64,000 nt of DNA, taken from the NCBI GenBank assembly GCA_025774805.1, contig JALGZR010000012.1, positions 629 through 64,628 on the forward strand. Reading direction: 5' to 3'. A model generated the notes under the pieces. That model saw only the letters and a program-made list of their open reading frames with translations, was not told the DNA's origin and did not search any database. Numbering within the stretch: the stretch's first letter is position 1; every line of letters starts with the position of its first letter. Made by a program: the position numbers and the translations under genes. This DNA is from a bacterium. GTDB lineage: Bacteria > ARS69. This document shows positions 19,248-29,036 of the stretch, one piece after another.

Positions 19248-20117
19248 TCACCCCGCGATCGTCACGAAGACGGGCACCGTCGTCCCGCAATGACCGACCC
19301 GCTCCGGATCCCCCGCATTCAACCAGCGATCGAGCGCCTCGCGACACGCGCCGACCGCCGGCGCATTATCCGGCAGGTCGCTCGCGTGCGCGAAGAGCCG
19401 CAGCATCTCCTCCCACTTGGCACGGCACTCCCTCGCCGTCTCGTAGCGCGTCACGAAGATCGCGTGCACCCGCATCTCGACGTCGCCGAAGCCTGCGGCC
19501 CGCGCCAGACCCGGCACCTGCGGCCCGATCGCCAGATCCGCCGGCGCCCGCGCCTCGCGGCACTGCTCGATGACCGCCGCAAAGGACCGGGTCACTTCCT
19601 CCAGAGGCCCGTCGAAGAACCAGCGCTGCCCCAGGTTGTCCGGCTCGGCCGCCACGAGCGCGCCGCCCGGCCGCAGAACCCGTCGGCTCTCCCGCAGGGC
19701 GTCCGCCGGGGACGCGACGTGTTGAAGCGTCATGCAGAAGAGGACGACATCCGTCGTTTCGTCTCCGAGCGGAAGGGCTTCTCCGCTGCCCGCAACGAAG
19801 CGCGTGCGTTCCGCGAGCGGTCCACCCTCCAAGTCCTCACGAGTTTCGGCCAACCGCGCCCTGTCCACGTCTACGCCGAGATACGAAAGCCCGGGCGCCT
19901 GAGGCAGGACTTTCCGCGCGACGTGTCCGAGACCGCAGCCGACCTCGACCAGCTCCCGGCACCCGTCCGGGATCGCTTCTACAAGAGCCCGGGTGAAGCC
20001 GGCGTCCCACCACGACTCTCGGCCGCGCCGCAGCTCTTCCGCGGTCAGCCCGTCCGCGCTCTCGTCGGCGGCCGCCGGGTTCGGATCGTCGGATGGCGAA
20101 GCGCCGTCGTCTCTCAC
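19248..20117 (-). CDS. Class I SAM-dependent methyltransferase
   Basis: VEVGCGLG, LGVDVD, TLQHV..P..ALRE..RVLRPGG. Confidence 0.85.
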   Translation of the reverse strand: MRDDGASPSDDPNPAAADESADGLTAEELRRGRESWWDAGFTRALVEAIPDGCRELVEVGCGLGHVARKVLPQAPGLSYLGVDVDRARLAETREDLEGGPLAERTRFVAGSGEALPLGDETTDVVLFCMTLQHVASPADALRESRRVLRPGGALVAAEPDNLGQRWFFDGPLEEVTRSFAAVIEQCREARAPADLAIGPQVPGLARAAGFGDVEMRVHAIFVTRYETARECRAKWEEMLRLFAHASDLPDNAPAVGACREALDRWLNAGDPERVGHCGTTVPVFVTIAG

Positions 20118-20119
20118 TT

Positions 20120-20941
20120 CTATCGCGACGTGGGCATCGGGTCGTAGGCCTCACGGCCGGAGGAGCGGGGAAGGCTTCGCTCCATGACCGCGGTCCGCAC
20201 GCGGACCCGTTCGAGGTGCGGGGTCGCGACCGCGACGAGACTGACGCCGGTGGGGAATCCGACGTGATTCTCGACGATGCGGAACCAGTAGTCGGCGGCC
20301 GATTCCCACCAGTGGCGCGGCCGCTCGAAGGAAGGCAGTGCGTTCTCACCCCGGGTGGAGCGGTCGGCGACACGGTTCCCCAGGATCGTCGCCGGTACGC
20401 CGAAGAGGTTCCAGTGGCGCAGTTGCAGGGTCCGAAACCCCGACTCGGTGAGGCGCTCGCGAAGGGACTCGGAATCGTAGGCTCGCACGGGTCCGCGAAT
20501 CGCCTCGGTCGTCTCCCGGGTCCACGGTTGCGCGCGAACGCGGACGACGAGCCGTCCCTCCGGCTCGATCGAGCGGTGAATCCGCTCGAGCACGGCGACG
20601 TCGTCCCGAAGCCTCTCGAGCGTGTCGAGACAGACGACGTTGGACATGTAGCGGTCGGGGACTCCGAGGTCCTGGCGATCGGGATCCCGACAGACGAGGT
20701 CGAATCGGAGGCCTCTCTCCCGAGCGAAATCCCCGAGCCGGTTCAGACGCCTTCGGTTCCAATCGATGACGACCACGTCGTGGTCGCGCGCCGCCAGGAG
20801 CGCCACCTCGCAGGCCCCGAGCACCAGGGTGGGTCCGGGCAAAAGCATCGAGCAGAGAAATGCGGGGAGGTTGCGCGCTCCGGACTCGGTCTCCCCGAGC
20901 GAGGAGGGGGGAGGGAAGGGGCTGTCAGGATTCCAGGTCAT
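20120..20941 (-). CDS. Class I SAM methyltransferase-like protein (degenerate motif I)
   Basis: VVCLDTLERLRDDVAVLERIHRSIEPEGRLVV, R-x-Y, GFR; 3' part of the 20120..23206 ORF, likely start ATG 20941. Confidence 0.65.
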   Translation of the reverse strand: MTWNPDSPFPPPSSLGETESGARNLPAFLCSMLLPGPTLVLGACEVALLAARDHDVVVIDWNRRRLNRLGDFARERGLRFDLVCRDPDRQDLGVPDRYMSNVVCLDTLERLRDDVAVLERIHRSIEPEGRLVVRVRAQPWTRETTEAIRGPVRAYDSESLRERLTESGFRTLQLRHWNLFGVPATILGNRVADRSTRGENALPSFERPRHWWESAADYWFRIVENHVGFPTGVSLVAVATPHLERVRVRTAVMERSLPRSSGREAYDPMPTSR

Positions 20942-21175
20942 GACGATCGCCCCAGGCCGATCCGGCGTTCTCGTGCGAGCGGCGGAGGGCAGGCCCCGGA
21001 TCCGAGCGCGCCCCCCGCGGACACCGCTCCGCGGGAATCGTAGCATCTCCGGAGGGGGAAGTCCCATTCCCCGTCGTACCCCGACCGGGTACCTTCCGGC
21101 AATCGTGATCCCCCGCGCCGGGTCGATCGGGCCGGGGGGCACGGGCGGGAGAGGCGGGCGCACACGATGGATCCC

Positions 21176-23449
21176 ATGGCGGAGACTTCCCTCCCGGCGA
21201 TCGTCGCGGCGGCGCGCGCGGAGGGACGCGCGGTCCTCCTGGAGACGGAGGGCATGTCCGTCCTCGACGGTCTGGGGATTGCCACGCCCGCCCGCCTCTT
21301 CGTCGCCGACTCCGGCGAGGCCGAGCGGGCCGACCTGGAGACGATCCCCGGATCCGACGTCGTGCTCAAGATCGTCTCGGGGGAGATCCTCCACAAGAGC
21401 GAAGTGGGCGGCGTGCGAGTCCTGCCGAAGGAACGACGGGCCGTCGCCGAAGCGATCCGGTCGATGGAGAGGCGTCTCGCGGGCCGGGGACGATCCGGGT
21501 TTCTCCTCGCGGAGCGCATCCAGTACGACCCGGCGCTCGGAGGGGAGCTCCTGCTCGGCCTCCGCTGGACGGAGGACTTCGGCCCGGTCGTGACCTTCGG
21601 CCCCGGGGGGATTCACACCGAGTTCCTCGCGGACCACCTGCGTCCCGGATGCGAGGTGGCGATCCTCTCGCCTCGATTCGCGTCCCCCGAGGGCATTCGG
21701 AGAGCACTCGAGGGGAAGGCGATCACGCCGCTCGTCACGGGGGGACTCCGGGGGCGGGAGGCCCGGCTCGAAGGGGACGCTCTCGTGGAGCTCCTCTCCC
21801 GATTCCTCGACTTCGCCGTGGAGCATGCGCCGGCCGAGCTCCTCGAGCTGGAGATCAATCCACTCGTGCTCACGGCCCGCGGGCCGGTCGCCCTCGACGC
21901 GCTCGCCCGGCTCGCCCCCGCCGACGGCTCGGTTCCGCGTCCCCGTCCCGCGCCGCGCCCCCTCGAGAAGCTGGAGAAGCTCCTGCGTCCCGGCTCCGTG
22001 GCGGTCGTCGGCGTCTCCGATCGCCCGAATCCGGGCAATCTCATCGTCCGCAATCTCCTCCGTGACGGATTCCCCACCGATCGGATTCACGTGATCAAGC
22101 CGGGCCGCGACGAGTTCCTCGGCTGTCCGTGCCATCCCGACCTCCACGCACTTCCGGAGCCGGTCGACGTCTTGGTCCTGAGCGTTGCCGCCGCGCAGGT
22201 CCCCGCCGCCATCGAGGTCGTGATCGAGAGACGTCAGGCCGAAACGATGATCGTGATTCCCGGCGGCCTCGGGGAGACGGCGGGCTCGCAGGCCCTCGTC
22301 GATCGGGCCGAGGCGGCGCTGGCCGCGTCGCGCCGGACCGACTGGGGAGGTCCCCTGATCAACGGCGGCAACTGCCTCGGCATCCGCTCGAAACCCGGAC
22401 GCTACGACACCCTGTTCATCCCCCGGCACAAGCTGCCTTCCCCCCAGACCGGGATCTCCCCGGTGGCGCTCATCTCCCAGAGCGGAGCTCTGGCCGTCGC
22501 GCGTGCGAGCAAGCTCTCGGGGCTGAATCCCCGCTACATCCTCTCCGTCGGAAACCAGATCGATCTCACCGTGGGAGACTACCTCACGTACCTGGAGGGC
22601 GATCGGGAGGTGGAGGTCTTCGCCTGCTACGTCGAGGGGTTCCGGCCGGGGGACGGTCTCCCCTGGCTCGAGGCCGCGTCGCGGATCACCGCGAGCGGAC
22701 GCACCGTGATTCTCTACCGGGCGGGACGGACCGAAGCGGGCCGGGCAGCGTCCGCCTCCCACACCGCCTCGATCGCGGGGGACTACCCCGTCACCCGCGA
22801 GCTCGCCGCGCAGGCGGGCGTGACCGTCGCGGAATCGCTCGCCGACTTCGAGGATCTCGCGCTCACCTTCGGCCTGCTTCGCGGAAGGGAGGCGAAGGGG
22901 ATGCGGCTCGGCGCGCTCTCCAACGCCGGCTTCGAGTGCGTGGGCTTCGCGGATCACCTCGGGGACTTCACGCTGCCGACCCTGACCCGCAAGACGACCT
23001 CCCGCATCGACGCGACTCTCGAGCGCTCCGGACTCGGCGGCGTCGTCGAGGTCCGCAATCCGATGGACGTGACGCCGATCCTGGCCGACGCGGAGTTCGA
23101 GGATATCGCGCGGGCAGTCCTCGAAGACGACGGCGTCGACGTCGGAGTCGTCGGATGCGTTCCGCTGACCGGCGCGCTCCACACCCTCCCCGGGGGGGAG
23201 GGGCACGAAGAGGACCTCTCGAGCGAGGGCTCGATCGTTTCGCGACTGGCGCGCGTCTTCCGCGCCTCATCCAAGCCGTGGGTCGCGGTGGTCGACGGGG
23301 GGGCGCTCTACGATCCGATGGCCCGAGCCCTCGAGGAGCGGGGCATCCCCACGTTTCGCACGGCCGATCGCGCGCTGCGCGCGCTGGGAGCATTCTGCCG
23401 CTCCCGAGGGTTCCTCCCACGGGTTGTGCCCCCGGGAGGGAGCGACTAG
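21176..23449 (+). CDS. NDP-forming acyl-CoA synthetase (acetate-CoA ligase family) with the ATP-grasp domain first
   Basis: VVLKIVS..ILHKSEVGGV, ELEINPL (beta); PGSVAVVGVS, GGNCLG, ISQSGA, SVGNQIDL, SHTASIAG with the phospho-His (alpha); start could be 21167. Confidence 0.9.
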   Translation: MAETSLPAIVAAARAEGRAVLLETEGMSVLDGLGIATPARLFVADSGEAERADLETIPGSDVVLKIVSGEILHKSEVGGVRVLPKERRAVAEAIRSMERRLAGRGRSGFLLAERIQYDPALGGELLLGLRWTEDFGPVVTFGPGGIHTEFLADHLRPGCEVAILSPRFASPEGIRRALEGKAITPLVTGGLRGREARLEGDALVELLSRFLDFAVEHAPAELLELEINPLVLTARGPVALDALARLAPADGSVPRPRPAPRPLEKLEKLLRPGSVAVVGVSDRPNPGNLIVRNLLRDGFPTDRIHVIKPGRDEFLGCPCHPDLHALPEPVDVLVLSVAAAQVPAAIEVVIERRQAETMIVIPGGLGETAGSQALVDRAEAALAASRRTDWGGPLINGGNCLGIRSKPGRYDTLFIPRHKLPSPQTGISPVALISQSGALAVARASKLSGLNPRYILSVGNQIDLTVGDYLTYLEGDREVEVFACYVEGFRPGDGLPWLEAASRITASGRTVILYRAGRTEAGRAASASHTASIAGDYPVTRELAAQAGVTVAESLADFEDLALTFGLLRGREAKGMRLGALSNAGFECVGFADHLGDFTLPTLTRKTTSRIDATLERSGLGGVVEVRNPMDVTPILADAEFEDIARAVLEDDGVDVGVVGCVPLTGALHTLPGGEGHEEDLSSEGSIVSRLARVFRASSKPWVAVVDGGALYDPMARALEERGIPTFRTADRALRALGAFCRSRGFLPRVVPPGGSD

Positions 23450-23582
23450 CCTCGATCCGTCAGAATACCTCGAGGGAAAACGCACGAGAGCGCGCCAGCC
23501 GGGGTCGCGCGCAGCCCGAGCCAAGCGGAGCTTATCTCACGATAAGTGAGTATTGGCGAGGGCGAGCACGGCCGCGGATGGC
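23446..23582. mobile_element. CTAG-bounded MITE-like element, family B (partial copy)
   Basis: CTAGCCTCGATCCGTCAGAA end shared with 34551; the 92-bp core 23491-23582 is the exact reverse complement of 34609-34700. Confidence 0.75.
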
Positions 23583-23584
23583 GT

Positions 23585-23935
23585 GTGTGGACCGAGCTCG
23601 AGATCGAAAGAGTCCAGCCCGCCCGAGCCGATGCCGTCGTCTTCCGTCTCTCCGGCGCGCTGTCCGACAGCAAGCACAGCTACCTCTTTCTCGAGAAGGT
23701 CAAGAAGGAGGTCGAGGACGGCCGGCGTTACCTGGTCATCAACTTCAAGGACGTGACCCGGATGACGAGCAGCGGGATCGGGATCCTCTGCGCGTGCTAC
23801 ACGACGATTCTCGGCGTGAAGGGCTCGATGTCCGTGATCGGGGTCACCGAGCGGAACCGCGCTCTCCTGAACGCCGTCGGCCTCTGGGACCGTCTGGACG
23901 CTCACGACTCCGAAGACGATCTGGATCTGGGCTGA
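23585..23935 (+). CDS. STAS domain anti-sigma factor antagonist
   Basis: FRLSGAL, LVINFKDVTRMTSSGIGIL (phosphorylatable Ser motif); start uncertain (GTG 23585 or 23546). Confidence 0.8.
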   Translation: MWTELEIERVQPARADAVVFRLSGALSDSKHSYLFLEKVKKEVEDGRRYLVINFKDVTRMTSSGIGILCACYTTILGVKGSMSVIGVTERNRALLNAVGLWDRLDAHDSEDDLDLG

Positions 23936-23941
23936 CCTCGA

Positions 23942-25603
23942 TCAGCCGCGCTTCGCCACGACGAGGGTCACGTCGTCCTGCGGCTCCTCGGGATGCGTGA
24001 AGTCCCGAATGTCGTCGATCAGCCGCTCCAGGAGCTCCCCGGGAGGGAGATTCCGGTGGCGGCGCAGCGACTCGCGCAGCCGCTCCTCCCCGAACTGCGC
24101 CTCGCCAGGGTCTTCCGCCTCGGTCACCCCGTCGCTGTATAGAAGGAGTGTCCCCCCGGGGGGGAGCTCGACGGTCCGGACGTGGTACTCCGCGTCGGAG
24201 AACGGGCCGAGGAGCGGGTCCCCGGTGGAGAGCTCCGTCATCTCCCCCGTTCCGGAGAGGAGGAACGGCGGATTGTGTCCCGCGTTCACGTACTCCAGTC
24301 GGCCGGTGGCCGGATCGAGCCGCGCGAGGAAGAGGGTGACCATCCGCTCGCCCCGCAGCTCGGAGTGCAGGGTCCGGTTGATCCGTGACGTCTCGACCGG
24401 AAGAGGGAGGCCGGCCTCCTCGTACGCCTGGACCTTCGCGTGGATCGCCGCCATCAGCAGGGCCGCGGACATTCCCTTGCCCGAGACGTCTCCCAGGGCG
24501 AGCGTGATTCTTCCCCCAGCTCCCTCGATGTAGTCGAAGTAGTCTCCCCCGACGCCGAGACAGGGGATGCACCGGCCGGCGAGCGACACGGATTCCGCCA
24601 CCAGCGGCTTCGCGGGAAGCAGAAGCCGCTGGATCTCGACCGCCCGCTTGAGCTCCTCCTCCACCCGCGCCCGCTGCTGGAGGCGATCGAGGGCCTTCGT
24701 CTCCCGGATCTTGACGGCCGCGAGATGTCCGAGGAGCACCAGCAGGCTCAGGTCCTCGTCGCCGTAGTGCTCCTGGCCGAACCGGCGATCGGCGTAGAGG
24801 AGGCCGAGAACCTCTTCGTCGTCCCAGAGCGGTGCGCACAGGGCCGATTCGATGTGCTGCCGAATGACGCTCTCCTGCTCGTGCAGTCTCTCGTCGTGGG
24901 GCGCGTCCCGGATCAGGATCGCCTCCCGAGAGTTGAACGCGCGGCGGGCGATCGTACGGCTCAGGAGGATCTCGCGCGAGCCGGAGGCCGATCTCGGCGT
25001 GGCCGCGATCGAGAGACCGCCCCCGGTCTCGTCCGGCACCAGGAGCGCCGTGTGGGCCGGCTCGAGCACTTCGACGACGAGATCCATGATGCGGTCGAAG
25101 AGCTCGGAGAGGCTGTAGTGACCGATCAGCGCCGAGCCGATCCGATCCATTTTCTGGAGGAGCTCGGGGCCCACCTTCGACGGGGCCGCCACCGATTCCG
25201 TGTCCAGACCCTCCTCGGATTCGAGGATCCCCTTCAGGCTCATGGTCTGGATGCCCACGGTGGCGGAGGGCTCGATCATCGGCGCCGGGGTCGACTCCGT
25301 TCCCTCCCGGAAGGAGAGATCGCACTGCCCGATTCCGACCCGGTCTCCGGGAGAGAGCTCGGTCGCGCCGGAGACCCGCACCCCGTTGACGGTCGTCCCG
25401 TTGTGGCTCCCGAGATCCTCGACCCACCAGGCGCCCCCCCGGTGCGCGATCCGGGCGTGGTTTCTCGATGCGGTTGCCGAATTGAGCTGGACGGAGTTCC
25501 ACGGGCCCCGGCCGATCGTGTACGAGTGCCCGGGATGAAGCACATGATCCCGGGCCGGCTCCCCCGGGGTCCGGATCGTGAGGGTCGCCTTGAGTGCACT
25601 CAT
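23942..25603 (-). CDS. FHA-GAF-SpoIIE (PP2C) protein phosphatase
   Basis: FHA: IGRG..ASRNHA..DLGSHNGT; GAF: SALCAPL..LLYAD; PP2C: VGGDYFD, GDVSGKG, NAGHNPP, YSDGVTEA, DDVT. Confidence 0.92.
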   Translation of the reverse strand: MSALKATLTIRTPGEPARDHVLHPGHSYTIGRGPWNSVQLNSATASRNHARIAHRGGAWWVEDLGSHNGTTVNGVRVSGATELSPGDRVGIGQCDLSFREGTESTPAPMIEPSATVGIQTMSLKGILESEEGLDTESVAAPSKVGPELLQKMDRIGSALIGHYSLSELFDRIMDLVVEVLEPAHTALLVPDETGGGLSIAATPRSASGSREILLSRTIARRAFNSREAILIRDAPHDERLHEQESVIRQHIESALCAPLWDDEEVLGLLYADRRFGQEHYGDEDLSLLVLLGHLAAVKIRETKALDRLQQRARVEEELKRAVEIQRLLLPAKPLVAESVSLAGRCIPCLGVGGDYFDYIEGAGGRITLALGDVSGKGMSAALLMAAIHAKVQAYEEAGLPLPVETSRINRTLHSELRGERMVTLFLARLDPATGRLEYVNAGHNPPFLLSGTGEMTELSTGDPLLGPFSDAEYHVRTVELPPGGTLLLYSDGVTEAEDPGEAQFGEERLRESLRRHRNLPPGELLERLIDDIRDFTHPEEPQDDVTLVVAKRG

Positions 25604-26841
25604 GGTCCCGCCCTCTCCGCGGCCGCGCCCGGAGGCGCGGCCCCGGTGGTCCGGCGATCGTGCGCGCCCGACGCGCCCCGGCGTGCGGCCACCCGCCACT
25701 CTCCCGCCGGAGCTCCGTCGCGGATCCTGACCATCCTCTCGTGGAGGTTCACCACCACGCAAGCGTGGTTCGGGAGAATTCGGACTCGATCTCCCACGGC
25801 CAGCGGCATCGAGGGGGGAACCGCGAGGATTCCGTGCTCCTCGGAGAGACGACGGATCACGAGGTCCGGGTGCCCGAGAACCCGGCCGAAGCCCTCCACC
25901 ACGCCCCCCCCGACCCCGGCGTCGGTGGAGAGGGCCTTCGAGCCGCAGTCGAGAACCACCCGGTCGGGCACCGGTCGCGCGATCACCGTCGCGAGAACCG
26001 TGAGGGCGCACCGCTCTTCGGGCGCCACCCCGAGTCCGACCTGAATCGCGTCGTGGAACGCGTAGTTGCCCGGACGGATCTCGGTCACTCCCGGAACCCG
26101 CGCCGAGTGCGGGACCGTCGGGGTCGACCCGACGCTCACGGTCCGACACCCGATGCCCGCCGCGCGAATCGCGCCCGCCGTCCGCACGAGGGTCTCTCCC
26201 TCGGCCCGGCCGATCGAGGCGATCTCCCGGGGGGACGAGGCCCCGTACGCGTGGCCCGCGTGGGTCATCACTCCCGCGAGCTCCAGACGCTCGTCGTCCG
26301 CGATCGTCCTCGCGAGCGACAGGGCCCCTTCTCCCGGAGGCACTCCGGTGCGGCCCATCCCGACGTCGATCTCCAGAATCACGGGAACGGCGGTGCCGGC
26401 GCGCGCCGCGGCGTCGCTCCACCGGCGTGCGCCCTCCTCCGACTCGACCAGAACGGTCAAAGCGGCGGCTCCGCGTCGCGCGAGGAGTCGCTCGATTCCA
26501 TGGGAGTCCACGATCGGAGTGGCGATCAGCAAATCCTCGAACCCGGCGGCGAGAAAGATCTCGGCCTCCTCGGCGGTCGCGACCGTTCCCCCCACGGCCC
26601 CGAGCTCGAGCTGGCGCCGGGCGAGCTCCGGGCACTTGTGGGTCTTCCAGTGAGGACGGAGATCGACCTCCGCCTCGCGGGCGAGATCGGCCATGGCGCG
26701 GAGGTTCGTCTCGAGGATCGACTCGTCGACGACGAGGACCGGCGTCCGGACGTCGGGGAGGAGAGCGGCCGTCGGAGTCCCGATCGAGGCCGCCGGGTCC
26801 GCGTCGGTTCTCCGGTTGGTGCCGCGGGGGGCCGCGCCCAT
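25600..26841 (-). CDS. DSD1/D-threonine aldolase-like PLP enzyme (alanine racemase fold)
   Basis: LRPHWKTHK, EIDVGMGRTG, THAGHAY, GSTPT, EIRPGNY, LSEEHG, PNHACVVVN. Confidence 0.9.
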   Translation of the reverse strand: MGAAPRGTNRRTDADPAASIGTPTAALLPDVRTPVLVVDESILETNLRAMADLAREAEVDLRPHWKTHKCPELARRQLELGAVGGTVATAEEAEIFLAAGFEDLLIATPIVDSHGIERLLARRGAAALTVLVESEEGARRWSDAAARAGTAVPVILEIDVGMGRTGVPPGEGALSLARTIADDERLELAGVMTHAGHAYGASSPREIASIGRAEGETLVRTAGAIRAAGIGCRTVSVGSTPTVPHSARVPGVTEIRPGNYAFHDAIQVGLGVAPEERCALTVLATVIARPVPDRVVLDCGSKALSTDAGVGGGVVEGFGRVLGHPDLVIRRLSEEHGILAVPPSMPLAVGDRVRILPNHACVVVNLHERMVRIRDGAPAGEWRVAARRGASGAHDRRTTGAAPPGAAAERAGP

Positions 26842-28832
26842 TACCGGACCGCCGGGCCGGTCGTCAGCACGTCGAAGGTCTCTCTCCCGTGGTCCTGCAC
26901 GGCGCGCACGATCCCGCCGGCCGCCTGGATCCGGTACACGATGGGGGAGGGCGCCTCGGCCCGGAACTCCCGGCCGTCGACGATCACGATGCCCCTCTCG
27001 GGTCGGATCGTGATCGGCTTTCCGTCCGTCGCCGCCGCATGGAACTCGGGATCGTCGAGCACGAAGTAGGGCACCGCCTCGTTCACCAGATTCCGTTTGT
27101 GGATGAACGCGTACGATTTCGCGATGACGGCTTTCACCCCGGCGTACTTCAGCGCCCAGACCGCGTGCTCGCGCGAACTGCCCGACCCCCAGCCCTCGCC
27201 CGCGACCAGGATGTCCTCGCCCCGCCCGATGCGCTTCCCGAAGTCGGGACGAACGTAGTGAAACGCGACCTCCCCGATCTCGTCGGCGTCGGTGAGGTGG
27301 CAGAACTCGCCGGGGATCATCGCGTCGGTGTCGACGTGATCTCCGAAGACCTGGATCTTCCCCTCGATCGGCGCCCCTCCCCCTTCGTCCGTCGCGGTCG
27401 TCTCGTCTTCGGATCCGGAAGAGGCGACGACGTCGGCTGCCGGCTCGGTCACGGAGATGCTCGGCGGAGACGCCGGCCTCTTCAGATACGTGCGGAGGTC
27501 CGATTCGGAGAGACCCTCGAGCGCCGGACGCGGATCGGTGATCCGCATGTCGAACGCGCTCGCCGCCACGGTCGCGGCGCTCGCGAGCCAGGCGATGGAC
27601 CCCGCCCCCATCCGATTCTCGAAGTTGCGGTTCTGACTCGACAGCCAGTTCTCGCCCGGACCCGCCCGGTCGCTCGCGATGCCGAGGCACATGGAGCACC
27701 CGGGCGGGCCGACGCGGAAGCCGGCGCGCTCGTAGACCTCGAGCAATCCGGCCCGGCGCAGGTTCTCCACGATCGCGAGCGATCCGGGTACCACGAGACG
27801 CTTGTCGCCCTCGAGCGGCTTCGGCACGGCTCCGTTCTCCATCGCGCGCCGGAGGACGACCGCACCCAGAACCAGCTCCTCCTCCGTGGTCGTGCACGCC
27901 CCGATGAAAACCCCTTGCAGCTCCCGGCCCACGACCCCGTCGACCGGGGACACGTTGTCGGGGGAAAACGGCTTCGCCACCTGCGGCACGAGCTTCGAGA
28001 GGTCGAAGACGTGACGGGAGACGTACTCGGCCCCCTCGTCGGCCCGGAAAAAGCGCGCGCCCTCCCGGTGCGACGCGCGACCGGCCAGAAGCTCCGCCGT
28101 CCGCCCGTCCGCGGGGAAGATGCCGTTCAACCCGCCGAACTCCGCGGTCATGTTCGCGATCGTGAAGCGGAAGTCCGTCGAGAGATGCTCGAGGGCGTCA
28201 CCCACGTACTCGACGCTTCGCTCCATCGCCGTCGTGTTGCGGCCGAGCTCGCCCAGCGTCCTCAGGATGACGTCCTTGCCCGTGAGGCCGAAGGGGAGGC
28301 GGCCGTCGTAGACGACCTGGATCGCCTCGGGGACCTGGATCCAGGTCTCCCCCAGGACCATCGCGACGCAGACGTCCGCGCCCCCGAGCCCGATGGCGAG
28401 CGCTCCGACCCCCCCGTGGCTCGAGGTGTGGGAGTCGGCGCCGATCACGGTCTCCCCCGGCTGGACGAGATCCCGGTAGAACTTCGTGTGGAGGATGGTC
28501 TCGTTCGCGTCGTAGAAGTGGCGCAGCTTCGCCTCCGCGGCGAAGTCGCGCGAGAGCCGAACGAGACGCCGGGTGCGCTCGTCGTTGGCCAGCGTGCCCG
28601 GGTCGACGGTGTGGTCCACCGCGAGATAGAAGCGCTCCTCGTCGTGAATCGGGGGGCGTCCGAGCTTCTCGTAGGTGGCGTTCATTCCGTTCCAGGCGAG
28701 CTCGGACGCGATGGTCCAGTCGACGCGGATTCGAATCGTGTCCCCGGTTCTCACCCCCGGGCGGGTCAGCCCGACGGCGTGATGACAGAGGATCTTTTGG
28801 GTCAGCGTCATCGGCAGACGGGAGGCGCTCAT
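26841..28832 (-). CDS. Aconitase-family [4Fe-4S] hydro-lyase, fused LeuC-LeuD-like
   Basis: MTLTQKIL, GADSHT, IGACTT, PGCSMCLG, SSQNRNF; swivel domain VDTDAMIP, GSGSSREHA. Confidence 0.9.
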   Translation of the reverse strand: MSASRLPMTLTQKILCHHAVGLTRPGVRTGDTIRIRVDWTIASELAWNGMNATYEKLGRPPIHDEERFYLAVDHTVDPGTLANDERTRRLVRLSRDFAAEAKLRHFYDANETILHTKFYRDLVQPGETVIGADSHTSSHGGVGALAIGLGGADVCVAMVLGETWIQVPEAIQVVYDGRLPFGLTGKDVILRTLGELGRNTTAMERSVEYVGDALEHLSTDFRFTIANMTAEFGGLNGIFPADGRTAELLAGRASHREGARFFRADEGAEYVSRHVFDLSKLVPQVAKPFSPDNVSPVDGVVGRELQGVFIGACTTTEEELVLGAVVLRRAMENGAVPKPLEGDKRLVVPGSLAIVENLRRAGLLEVYERAGFRVGPPGCSMCLGIASDRAGPGENWLSSQNRNFENRMGAGSIAWLASAATVAASAFDMRITDPRPALEGLSESDLRTYLKRPASPPSISVTEPAADVVASSGSEDETTATDEGGGAPIEGKIQVFGDHVDTDAMIPGEFCHLTDADEIGEVAFHYVRPDFGKRIGRGEDILVAGEGWGSGSSREHAVWALKYAGVKAVIAKSYAFIHKRNLVNEAVPYFVLDDPEFHAAATDGKPITIRPERGIVIVDGREFRAEAPSPIVYRIQAAGGIVRAVQDHGRETFDVLTTGPAVR

Positions 28833-29036
28833 GATCTCTCCGGAGCGGATCGGAGTTCGCCGCGGGGCGAGCCCCTTGCCGGGAAGCCGCGTGATCGAAT
28901 CGACGGAGCAGGAGTCTAGCGGGGAACGGACGAGTGAGGCAAGACGGGTCGCCCTCCGGTGAGCCCCGCACGGGTTGACCGGTTCGCGGGGACGAACTAG
29001 CCTTCCCGAGCATCCCTCCCCACCGGAACTCCGCCC

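Noticed and set aside
20942-23206. 5' part of the 1028-aa minus-strand ORF and other long antisense ORFs (e.g. 14450-17299, 43042-46089, 47686-50364, 5060-7195), plus the same-strand alternative-frame ORF 58080-61301
   Set aside because: Shadow ORFs of motif-bearing genes in high-GC DNA; Arg/Gly/Pro-rich with no family motifs
26841-28832. leuC/leuD gene symbols
   Set aside because: Fused, divergent motifs and no leucine-pathway context; substrate cannot be assigned
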